Assembly (NCBI GenBank): GCA_964187785.1
Contig: OZ076409.1
Span: 78,866,001 to 78,930,000 of the forward strand
Direction: 5' to 3'
Length of the DNA stretch: 64,000 nt
Origin: Amphiscolops sp. MND2022
Lineage: Eukaryota
The position numbers and the translations under genes are program-made. Shown here one piece after another: positions 53,501 through 59,536 of this stretch; position 1 is the first letter of the stretch; every line of letters begins with the position of its first letter. A model generated the notes under the pieces. It was not told the origin of the DNA. It made no database searches and saw only the letters and a list, made by a program, of their open reading frames with translations.

Positions 53501-53797
53501 CAGATCAGGTGATACAATGAACATCCTTTATTAAACAGAAAAGAGTTGGAAAATAGTTGTTCGCCATCATTTAGAGAAGACCTCTGTCGCTCAACTGGGA
53601 TAGTGACTGGCATGAGTATTAGGCTTTCAGTGAAAAAAATGAAGAGACACAATTTTATCGATCTTCAAAGTCTAAATGTAGAAAAAATCAAGCAGAGTAC
53701 GCATATTGGTAAATAATCCCTAGCAATATTTCCCAAAAAACCAACCGCTAGTATCTCCCGCTGACTCATGAGAACCCTTGGAATTTGCCTCACCCAT
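2219..53797 (-). CDS. USP32: Ubiquitin carboxyl-terminal hydrolase 32 (EF-hands, DUSP, UBL, split USP catalytic domain), 21 coding exons, about 1645 aa
   Basis: All 20 introns are GT-AG with compatible phases, and exon lengths sum to 4938 nt. Motifs: EF-hands [13 protein letters not shown] and [17 protein letters not shown] ([28 protein letters not shown]), Cys box [23 protein letters not shown], His box [17 protein letters not shown]-terminal CFIQ. Confidence 0.93.
3033..3551. mobile_element. Probable piggyBac-type MITE
   Basis: TTAA on both sides (3029-3032, 3552-3555). Imperfect TIRs CCTAAATAGCCTAGCG and rc GCCTAATTGACCTGGGCG. Confidence 0.45.
3567..4088 (-). CDS. USP32: USP32 exon 20
   Basis: LSLDDCL...CPKCK...[15 protein letters not shown]...YKLFSVS. 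Confidence 0.94.
4763..4962 (-). repeat. Gypsy 3' LTR
   Basis: Direct repeat of 10797-10996 with 5 substitutions seen. Confidence 0.95.
5100..10780 (-). pseudogene. Gypsy gag-pol, disrupted by frameshifts and stops
   Basis: Gag with zinc-knuckle remnant, protease IDTGS, RT (DLDYAY, WLDD), RNase H, integrase (HQGH/CPSC, LDFAGP, TDNG, ER), spread over several frames. Confidence 0.92.
6204..6891. repeat. 344-bp tandem duplication inside the Gypsy integrase
   Basis: 6204-6547 and 6548-6891 appear identical. The peptide [11 protein letters not shown]...GTGLV appears twice in the ORF track. Confidence 0.95.
10797..10996 (-). repeat. Gypsy 5' LTR (TG...TA ends)
   Basis: Direct repeat of 4763-4962, followed by the PBS. 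Confidence 0.95.
11875..13993 (-). mobile_element. Cluster of Helentron-type non-autonomous elements, family 1 (copies at about 11875-12725, 13028-13574, 13575-13993)
   Basis: Subterminal inverted repeat TATTTCTGCTTTA/TAAAGCAGAAATA, hairpin GCCCCTCCGGGGC, shared core TTCGCATTCGCATTTGAATGCAGGCGAAG. Confidence 0.75.
14082..14469 (-). CDS. USP32: USP32 exon 19
   Basis: HPFSLRRV...[13 protein letters not shown]...[14 protein letters not shown]. Confidence 0.92.
15057..15241 (-). CDS. USP32: USP32 exon 18
   Basis: IFGCPVLVP...[13 protein letters not shown]...SNHAKD. Confidence 0.92.
15988..16327 (-). mobile_element. Helentron-type non-autonomous element, family 4
   Basis: Hairpin CCGCATATGCGG next to subTIR AGGAGTCGG. 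The other end has a stem-loop containing CCGACTCCT followed by an A-run. Confidence 0.6.
16731..17109 (-). CDS. USP32: USP32 exon 17
   Basis: Open S/P/N-rich frame ending FIFAIHSKP at a gtgagt donor. The tgaag acceptor fits phase 2. Confidence 0.8.
17245..18845 (-). mobile_element. Three nested copies of Helentron-type family 2
   Basis: Three left ends (AACAAGACG...AGTCGGCGC at about 17245, 17767, 18243) and three stacked right ends (…AAAAGCGCCGACTAAAA at about 18737, 18791, 18845). Confidence 0.8.
19043..19594 (+). mobile_element. Helentron-type family 2 copy with an internal ~50-bp tandem duplication
   Basis: Ends AGATATGGCGCCGACTTACGCCGTTCCCGGCTTGTT and carries GGGTCCCCC motifs. Confidence 0.7.
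19646..19978 (-). CDS. USP32: USP32 exon 16
   Basis: YAMRV...[14 protein letters not shown]...LLAFQ; phases 2/2. Confidence 0.87.
20375..20621 (-). CDS. USP32: USP32 exon 15
   Basis: [22 protein letters not shown]...[12 protein letters not shown]. Confidence 0.94.
20906..21147 (-). CDS. USP32: USP32 exon 14
   Basis: [22 protein letters not shown]. Confidence 0.95.
21704..22175 (-). mobile_element. Helentron-type family 1 copy
   Basis: TAGGCCCCTGCGGGGC hairpin, TATTTCTGCTTT subTIR and shared core. Confidence 0.72.
22740..23062 (-). CDS. USP32: USP32 exon 13 (Cys box)
   Basis: [21 protein letters not shown]. Confidence 0.95.
23555..23788 (-). CDS. USP32: USP32 exon 12 (UBL)
   Basis: KRVL...[14 protein letters not shown]; tatag acceptor, gtcagt donor. 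Confidence 0.88.
24011..25119. mobile_element. Non-autonomous TIR DNA transposon (TA target, Tc1/mariner-type MITE)
   Basis: About 35-bp TIRs CACCAGGGTACCAAAAAGCTAAAGACACTCGATTT and AAATCGAGTGGCTTTAGCTTTTTGGTACCCTAGTG, each flanked by TA. No transposase ORF. Confidence 0.85.
25739..25984 (-). CDS. USP32: USP32 exon 11 (DUSP end)
   Basis: [14 protein letters not shown]...IETHPL. Confidence 0.9.
26650..26775 (-). CDS. USP32: USP32 exon 10
   Basis: [10 protein letters not shown] (DUSP PGxIDN-like motif); 126 nt, phase 0/0. Confidence 0.78.
26982..27219 (-). CDS. USP32: USP32 exon 9 (DUSP start)
   Basis: [16 protein letters not shown]; ttcag acceptor, gtaaga donor. Confidence 0.9.
27987..28132 (-). 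CDS. USP32: USP32 exon 8
   Basis: [22 protein letters not shown]. Confidence 0.92.
28472..28976 (+). mobile_element. Helentron-type family 2, complete un-nested copy
   Basis: TTTTAGTCGGCGC stem-loop start and CGCCGACTTTAGACGTTCTCGTCTTGTT end. It is the reverse complement of the middle copy at 17767. Confidence 0.8.
30306..30505 (-). CDS. USP32: USP32 exon 7 (EF-hand)
   Basis: [17 protein letters not shown]; tttag acceptor, gtaagt donor. Confidence 0.92.
30878..31114 (-). CDS. USP32: USP32 exon 6 (EF-hand)
   Basis: [25 protein letters not shown]. Confidence 0.92.
31531..32612. mobile_element. Family 1 Helentron-type element interrupted by a family 2 copy (31650-32190)
   Basis: Family 1 hairpin end at 31531 and remaining body at 32195-32612, with both family 2 termini in between. 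Confidence 0.75.
32878..33055 (-). CDS. USP32: USP32 exon 5
   Basis: FNAWVNLN...[12 protein letters not shown]; ttcag acceptor, gtatgt donor. Confidence 0.88.
33858..33979 (-). CDS. USP32: USP32 exon 4
   Basis: [19 protein letters not shown]...RRYFDN; tttag acceptor, gttagt donor; phases fit both neighbours. Confidence 0.8.
34114..34330 (-). mobile_element. Short internally deleted family 2 copy
   Basis: Both family 2 termini lie within about 215 bp. Confidence 0.7.
34713..35127. mobile_element. Probable MITE
   Basis: Imperfect inverted ends TATGCAATTTCAACCGCTC and GAGCGTTGAAATTGCATA. The interior resembles 33125-33200. Confidence 0.45.
35496..35610 (-). CDS. USP32: USP32 exon 3
   Basis: [23 protein letters not shown]; ccag acceptor, gttagt donor. 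Confidence 0.88.
35985..36464 (-). mobile_element. Helentron-type family 1, complete copy
   Basis: Both termini intact; nearly identical to 46676-47156. Confidence 0.82.
36467..39344 (-). mobile_element. Long Helentron-type element, family 3, with internal ~165-190-bp degenerate tandem subrepeats
   Basis: AACAAG, hairpin CGCTGAGCAGCG and subTIR TATTTTCCGCCC at the left end. Stem-loop ending GGGCGGAAAATA at the right end. Recurring GAAGTCTATCGAAAA motif inside. Confidence 0.65.
39974..40199 (+). repeat. Duplicated Copia 5' LTR followed by PBS (array unit 1)
   Basis: Similar to 51272-51487 and followed by GGTTATGCGGCC. Confidence 0.85.
43448..43674 (+). repeat. Duplicated Copia 5' LTR followed by PBS (array unit 2)
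   Basis: Similar to 51272-51487 and followed by GGTTATGCGGCC. Confidence 0.85.
46676..47156 (-). mobile_element. Helentron-type family 1 copy inserted in array unit 3 only
   Basis: Units 1 and 2 show the empty site CATCTAAATAAAAC. The insertion sits in an A-run with no TSD. Confidence 0.88.
47404..51487 (+). mobile_element. Ty1/Copia LTR retrotransposon, decayed and internally deleted
   Basis: LTRs at 47404-47630 and 51272-51487, copia-type PBS GGTTATGCGGCC, PPT AAAAAGGGGGAG, 5-bp TSD ATAGT. It is inserted into a family 2 repeat. Confidence 0.92.
48645..51250 (+). pseudogene. Copia gag-pol remnant
   Basis: Gag with zinc knuckles ([14 protein letters not shown]), WHERIAH/CDVC, integrase VHVD..VDSFSR..TDNAKEF, RT WVDDL, RNase H SDADWAG..EAE..VDNQ. 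Stops and frameshifts are present. Confidence 0.92.
51707..51840. repeat. 22-bp minisatellite, about 6 copies
   Basis: TCCGAACTTTGAAAACGTTATA repeated in tandem with variants. Confidence 0.9.
52808..52941 (-). CDS. USP32: USP32 exon 2
   Basis: tttag acceptor, gtaagt donor. [17 protein letters not shown]...[13 protein letters not shown] aligns with the USP32 N-terminal region. Confidence 0.85.
53746..53797 (-). CDS. USP32: USP32 exon 1 ([17 protein letters not shown])
   Basis: MGxxxSK start resembles USP32 MGAKES. The phase-1 gttggt donor joins exon 2 in frame. Confidence 0.7.
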
Positions 53798-54052
53798 TGA
53801 ATGAAGATCTGATTGCTCACATTTTCAAATCTGAAGAATAAAAATGACCTCAACCATGGCGAGCGTGAATAACGTCAGAGCAATAACATCAAATTGGAAA
53901 ACTTTTTTTCCACTATTAGATATCACGGATCTTCAGCAATCAAGTTCCGTGTCATCGTGTTGGGGGAGAAGACACACACCCGTGGTCTGCACTGAAAGGA
54001 GTATAACAACGGCGTTGTTAGTGATAAGTCGAATGATTGGTGAGATTAAATA

Positions 54053-54133
54053 AGCCATTTGGTCTAAGGGTTAAGGCGCTTGACTGCTAGCTAGATCTGT
54101 CTTGAGATGCAGGTTCGAGTCCTGTAATGGCTA
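54053..54133 (+). tRNA. Class II (Ser/Leu-type) tRNA-like gene in the TRIM 5' LTR, with GCT in a poorly paired anticodon arm
   Basis: Acceptor stem AGCCATT/AATGGCT, D arm GTCT/AGGC, variable arm ATCT/AGAT, T arm GCAGG-TTCGAGT-CCTGT, A and B boxes, TTTT terminator. Confidence 0.75.
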
Positions 54134-54310
54134 TTTTCTCACAATCATGTCGAGCTTGGGTTGTTATACTGGTAGCCATTACATAAGTGGCTTGAATCCC
54201 CAGTTGTGTTGTGTTCAACTGGGAGCTGTGTGGCATCAGCTTCAGTTAGAAGGGGATAATATAACAACGGCGTTGTTAGTGATAGGTCGAATGATTGGTG
54301 AGATTAAATA

Positions 54311-54390
54311 AGCCATTTGGTCTAAGGGTTAAGGAGCTTGACTGCTAGCTAGATCTGTCTTGAGATGCAGGTTCGAGTACTGTAATGGCT
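54311..54390 (+). pseudogene. Second tRNA-like copy in the TRIM 3' LTR, mutated
   Basis: Same sequence with D-stem and T-stem substitutions, and loss of ATTTT (discriminator plus terminator). Confidence 0.7.
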
Positions 54391-54684
54391 CTCACAATCA
54401 TGTCGAGCTTGGGTTGTTATAGGAGGAAACCCCATACCAGCCACTATCCCAGTAGACCAGTAACAACAAAAAACAACCAACCAACTACTCATAGTAGCCA
54501 CTGTCCCAGTCGACGGGTTGAAACAAGTTTCAAAAAAAGCTGCAATTGAAAGAGGTTCCAAATAAGACAATATGTAATAATTTCAAACGCATCTCTTCTG
54601 CTCACAGTTCCTAGAACACAGGCCGCATTGCCGATCTGAAGAGCCAATGAGATCCGTTGCTTCAAAAAGCTGCCAGATCGTTGA

Positions 54685-55034
54685 GGGTGGGCGGAAATAG
54701 GTCGAAGGAACGGGATCGAAAATCAGAGTTAGTCCTCAGGTCGACAATACCAAATTTTTGAATGGGATCGAAACAACTCGGATCGAAATTTTTATAACGT
54801 AGTCAGATATGTTCACATACCCCTAGTGCCCTGAATGCAGGAGCTAAGCGAAGCGGAGCGACGTGCCATATGGCCATGCCTCAATGTTGCTACTTGGCGA
54901 AGGGAGCGAAGCGACCGGGCCATACAATAAATACGATAAAATTCGACCGCATTCCATTCGATCCGTGTAATTCGATCAAAAGGTTCGACCTCAGTCCTTT
55001 CGACCAGAAAAATTCGACCTATTTACAGCCACCC
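54685..55034. mobile_element. MITE with 9-bp TSD (MULE/Merlin-like)
   Basis: TSD GATCGTTGA on both sides; 22-bp TIR GGGTGG..AAATAGGTCGAA (19/22 match). Confidence 0.88.
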
Positions 55035-55265
55035 GATCGTTGATAGTCGTCCGAAAGACAGCATTTTACACAGACGCGTGATGAAAATTTCGCTGCTCTA
55101 GTCTAAAGAACCCGATATTTCCATCCCCACAGGTTGAAAATTGTATCCATTGTCTAGTAATTCGCGATACTTCTCAATCTTATGCGCTTCCGCCTCGGTA
55201 GCGGTGGTTCCCGAGTTGTAAAAGGAGACTTGATTCAGGCAACTGGGAGCAAGAGCATCCACAAC

Positions 55266-58034
55266 TCACACCATTTTGATGAGGCGAAAAAGGGGCAGTA
55301 TGCTCACGTTTGATTCGGTTTGATATACAAAAACTTCGAAAAGACTTGGAAATGTACTCACCCATTATCAGAACGGATCGATCTGGGCGTTTCCACTTGC
55401 GCACTGAATTTATCTAGGCACTCCTCTTTCGATTTGGGGAAATATACCATTGAGTACCTGCTGTAGCTATCCGCAAAAGAAATAGCGTATCGATTACAAG
55501 CGAAGTAGTTGGCATCGGTCCCAAAGTGTCAATGAAAACGAGATCAAGTTTCGAAGATTTTCTTTTCTCCATTTTTCGCGACACTGGTTGCCGTCGTGAC
55601 TTAAAAAATTTTGCAAACTTCACAACAACAAAGTTTATCAAAAGCACTGTGTTTCAAGCTCATTCCCGAAACATGATGAGCCAAACGTTTCACATTTTTG
55701 AAATAGTTGTGACGGCAAACGTGGAATCAGGTCTAATGAAATAGATCTAAGAGAGGGGGCAAAACTGAGATCTAATCAAATTGATCTAAATAATCAGGTC
55801 TAAAAATCTCTTCTAATTTGATCTAATTTGAGGGCGAAAATAACAGAGAGTGGCGAGAAAGTTTTGCCCCCTCTCTTAGATCTACTTCATTGGACCTGAA
55901 TCCACGTAGCCTCTCGGATATGTCCCCATTTTCTCTTGGGGCCGCTTATATTCCCATCTTGCTGAACGAGGTCGAAGAGGAGCAAAGACCTAGCGGGAAC
56001 GGAGATTGCGAAGCGATAGTAGTGGGAGCTGGTCTTTGCGAAGATGAGGGCGAGCATGCATACATCGCATATGCCCCACATTATATTTTCGCTTTCAGAA
56101 GACATAATAGATCATAAAGGGGTTAGACCTAAGTATTTTGTATTTTAGACAAAATTAGATCTGAAAGTTAGACCTAACAGTTAGATCTAATTCCATTAGC
56201 CCCAAGCAATTAGATCAAAGGCGTACACTCCGTTGTGACCAGGGCGATGATGCCACAGCACGGCTTTTTCATTCTCGCCGGAAAAAGAACAACGATCAAA
56301 TGTCTTTCCTTTCAAAACGTAAAGGTTAGCGTGCTCTTCAAAAGGATTAGTTGCTCTTCCATTGAGGAAAATGCTCAGAGATGGACCGAAGTTCACTTGA
56401 GCCTCGTTTTGTCTAAACTTGCTAACGCTGATCACGTAATGAGATTGATCAGGAAGAAAAAGTCGGTCGGAAAATGTCACACAACATTCCATCCCTTCTT
56501 TGTCCAAAAGTAAGGGAGAAACTTTTCGAACACCCTCAACTTGCGAAAAAGTCCATATCGCATTTTTTTACTTTGCGTTGTGTTTATTCGCTGAAGTCGA
56601 AGAACAGAGAAAGGTCAAAAAACATATGGGTGGAAGCACCAGAGTCGATGACCAAAGTTTGCTCCTTCATCTCGCATTTTTCGCTAGTGAGTGCAGCAGC
56701 CTCACTACAATCGCAAAAAAACTAAGTCCTCAGCAAGGTTTGACGCTCCTGTTTCAGCACTTGACCTAGGATTCAAAAGAGGGTTTTTCTTGAAACATTT
56801 ATTCTCTTCATGGCCAAAACGCATGCAAAAGTTGCACTGGGATACTCTACAAGTGGCTTGTTTATGTCCACTTTTACCGCAACGCCTACACTTCCCAGTC
56901 AACTTTTCAGGTTAACACGCGGAACTTTTCGCAACAGTTCTTTGGATAAAAAAGCAACATTTGTTTTGCTAGCTGTCGCAGTTTGTAGGTTACGAGACCT
57001 TTCGAAATTTTTCAATGCTTTCTTTACTTCCGCAAAAGACCCTTTTTTTGGAAAAATTGTGCACAGTTTTGAAATGGTCGTAACCGGAAGGCAAACCCTT
57101 AAGAACTATCGAAGTTTCCATGTTTTCAGAAACTTTCTCAACAGCGAGCTCCAACTGCTTACTCACATACTCCGCTCGAGTCAGGTAGTCAACCATGCTC
57201 TCCCTGGGCACCAATTGCAGGGTTGTGAACTTCTCCAATAGGTTCATCAACCTCGGTGTTTCGGTGCTGTTGAAGTGGTCTCGCAGTAGTTGCCATGCCT
57301 TCGGACCATCACCCTTGCAGTCGTTCGTCAGCATCAGGATACTGCGGCTGTCTAGACACTGTACCAAGTACGCCCGAATTTCGTACTTCTTGTCATTCGT
57401 GCCAGCATCTGTACCATTCAGCACGTTCAGCAGCTTCTTCGTGAAACAGAACCCCTCGAATCGCTCCTGCCACACTACGAAGTTTTCTTCCTTGCCAGAG
57501 AACTGGAGATACTGCAAAGGTCGATCCATTCCTCACAAACTACAACAAAACCCCGAAAGAGAAGGTAGTAACTGAAACAAAAATGGGCAGCAAAACAGGA
57601 ATTCGTACGAAGATAAGCTACAAAGTTAATGGAAGCGAAACGGCGGTAACGGACGGCATAAATAGCAAAAATTGCGCATATCCGAGACGCAAAAAGCAAA
57701 AATGGAGAGCGAAAAATAAGATCAGACGAGCATAGTAAGAGTAAGCAGAAAAAGTTTTTTTTTTAAAAGAAAACAAATTCACCAAATTGCTGGGTCCATA
57801 ACCTATTAGGCCCTGAGCTCCTCCTTTCGTAGATGGGTAGTCGGATTGATGAAGAATGGTTATTGTCAACACTTTATTTTGAGATGTATGTTAAGAAAGT
57901 GATTCGGTCAGGTGAAGATAAAATTAACAGGTACATAATTACAAACAACAAGAATAAACTAAATCAGTTCAGACTGGTATAATCTGAGTTGGTTGACCTT
58001 TAATGGTCCTTTTGACCTTCATTGGTCTCTAACA
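55266..58034 (-). mobile_element. 3'-truncated Ty1/Copia element nested in the CRE LINE
   Basis: 5' LTR at about 58034-57804 starting TGTT, PBS GGTTATGGACCCAG, gag, two zinc knuckles, protease DSGAS, integrase up to APFSPHQNGVS. RT and 3' LTR are missing. Confidence 0.88.
55714..56231. mobile_element. MITE-like insertion in the Copia pre-integrase region
   Basis: 8-bp TSD GTTGTGAC, GG...CC ends, many AGATCTA/AGGTCTA motifs. Removing it restores HHRxGHN|YFKNVKRL. Confidence 0.78.
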
Positions 58035-58111
58035 GTGACATCCCACACCAGCTGCTTACCAATTTCCCAAGGAATCATGGTAACACCGTCTGGGCGTTTG
58101 TACAGTCCACG

Positions 58112-58383
58112 AGTCACGGAAACATCGTTACCAGCCATTTGGCCGACAACAATTCGGACGATCAATCAACTGATTTATTTGAAAAGGATTGTTGTATGGC
58201 TCGGTCGCTTCGTTCCCTTGGCCAAATAGCAACATTGAGGAAAGGCCATATGGCATGTCGCTCCGCTCCGCTTCTGCAATTGAGGCACAAGGATATGTGA
58301 ACATATTTGACCATTTAGTTCACGGGACCTTTATGCAACATAATTGTCCCCGAAATGGCTGGTGACGAAACGTTTCTGTCCCA
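58112..58383. mobile_element. MITE with 8-bp TSD
   Basis: TSD AGTCCACG; imperfect TIRs containing CCAGCCATTT/AAATGGCTGG. Confidence 0.75.
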
Positions 58384-59043
58384 AGTCCACGCAGCTCGAG
58401 CATTGACGGCAATGAATCCGAACGTCGCTTTTTGACAGAAATGAGGAGAGTAGCATGCCGTGAGAAGCGACATGCACTCTTGGTGTAAAAGGAGACCGTG
58501 TAAAGCGTCCCGTTCAACTATTTTACTACAGTGGCACGTATGCCCAACACAGATGCTGGCACCGAGACGTAAACCAAGCAAAGTCCCAAGCTGCTGATCA
58601 GCAAGTTCCAGGTCTAATTTCTCGCGAAAAAAAAACGTTCAGCCACTGAGACCCGATTTCGCCTTCATGAGCGTCGAAAACTTCTGAACGCTTTTGTTCC
58701 ACTCTAGAAACTAAATCTCGAACAGTTTTGGCGTAAACATGGTGGGTCCAATGTTTTTGGGTTCCATCGAGAGGAGTTTCCTGGTCTTTCGTCAAACCCA
58801 GACAATTCTCAAGCGCTTTAGTGAACAAAACATCTTCGAAGGCTTCCGAAAAAATGGTCGTTAGAAAGTTACTTGCACCAAAATCTGAGACCAAAAAAGC
58901 GGTAAGTGCTAAAATGATGCAGATGATTCCCCAAGACCACCCATTTCAGCATGCAGAGCCAGTTTAGTACTGGACATATTGTCGATGTTCACGTTAACTT
59001 TGGAGAGCCAGTCCCGTACGGTTTTGTCATACTTTTCCAAGAG

Positions 59044-59536
59044 GGATTCTGGACGCTTCGGCGACAATATAATGGCGGACGTTTCAGCGACAATACTGTC
59101 GCTGAAACGTCTCTGTCGCCGAAACGTCCTCTAAAAGCTAAAAACCAAAACGAAGTTGGGGGAACAAGAATAACGTCTAAAAGAGGAATAACGTCTAAAA
59201 TAGTTCAAAATCTTTTCATTACTTTCCCCCTCCTAATATGGGGTCACAAACGTTGTATGCACGCTCTCCCTCACCGTCGCAAATACCAGCGCCCATTACA
59301 ATCGCTTCGTGATCTCCGTTCTCGCTAGGTCTTTGCTCCTGTTCCTAGGTTAGCAAGATGGGAAAAAACTGGCCCAAGGGGCCTCAGGGCACTAGAGGAA
59401 ATGGGGGCATATCCGAGGCACTTTTAGTGTAGCAAAGGTATCTATGAACAGATATCTTTGTTTTTAGCATTTTGGAGGACGTTTCGGCGACAAAGACGTT
59501 TCGGCGACAGTGTTGTTGCCGAAACGTCTTGTTCCC
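59044..59536. mobile_element. MITE with 8-bp TSD
   Basis: TSD TCCAAGAG and GACGTTTCGGCGACA subterminal repeats at both ends. Removing it restores YPALLE|KYDKTVRD. Confidence 0.82.

Larger units (their letters stand above)
54002..54421 (+). mobile_element. TRIM (miniature non-autonomous LTR retrotransposon) with a tRNA-like gene in each LTR
   Basis: LTRs at 54002-54168 and 54260-54421 with inverted ends TATAACAAC...GTTGTTATA. PBS TGGTAGCCATTACA at 54170-54183, PPT AGAAGGGGA at 54248-54256, TSD GGAG at 53998-54001 and 54422-54425. Confidence 0.9.

Noticed and set aside
54002..54421. Two ordinary tandem tRNA-Ser genes, a SINE pair, or a CRISPR-like repeat-spacer array
   Set aside because: The PBS, PPT, inverted LTR ends and flanking TSD explain the region as one LTR element. 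There are only two repeats and no cas genes.
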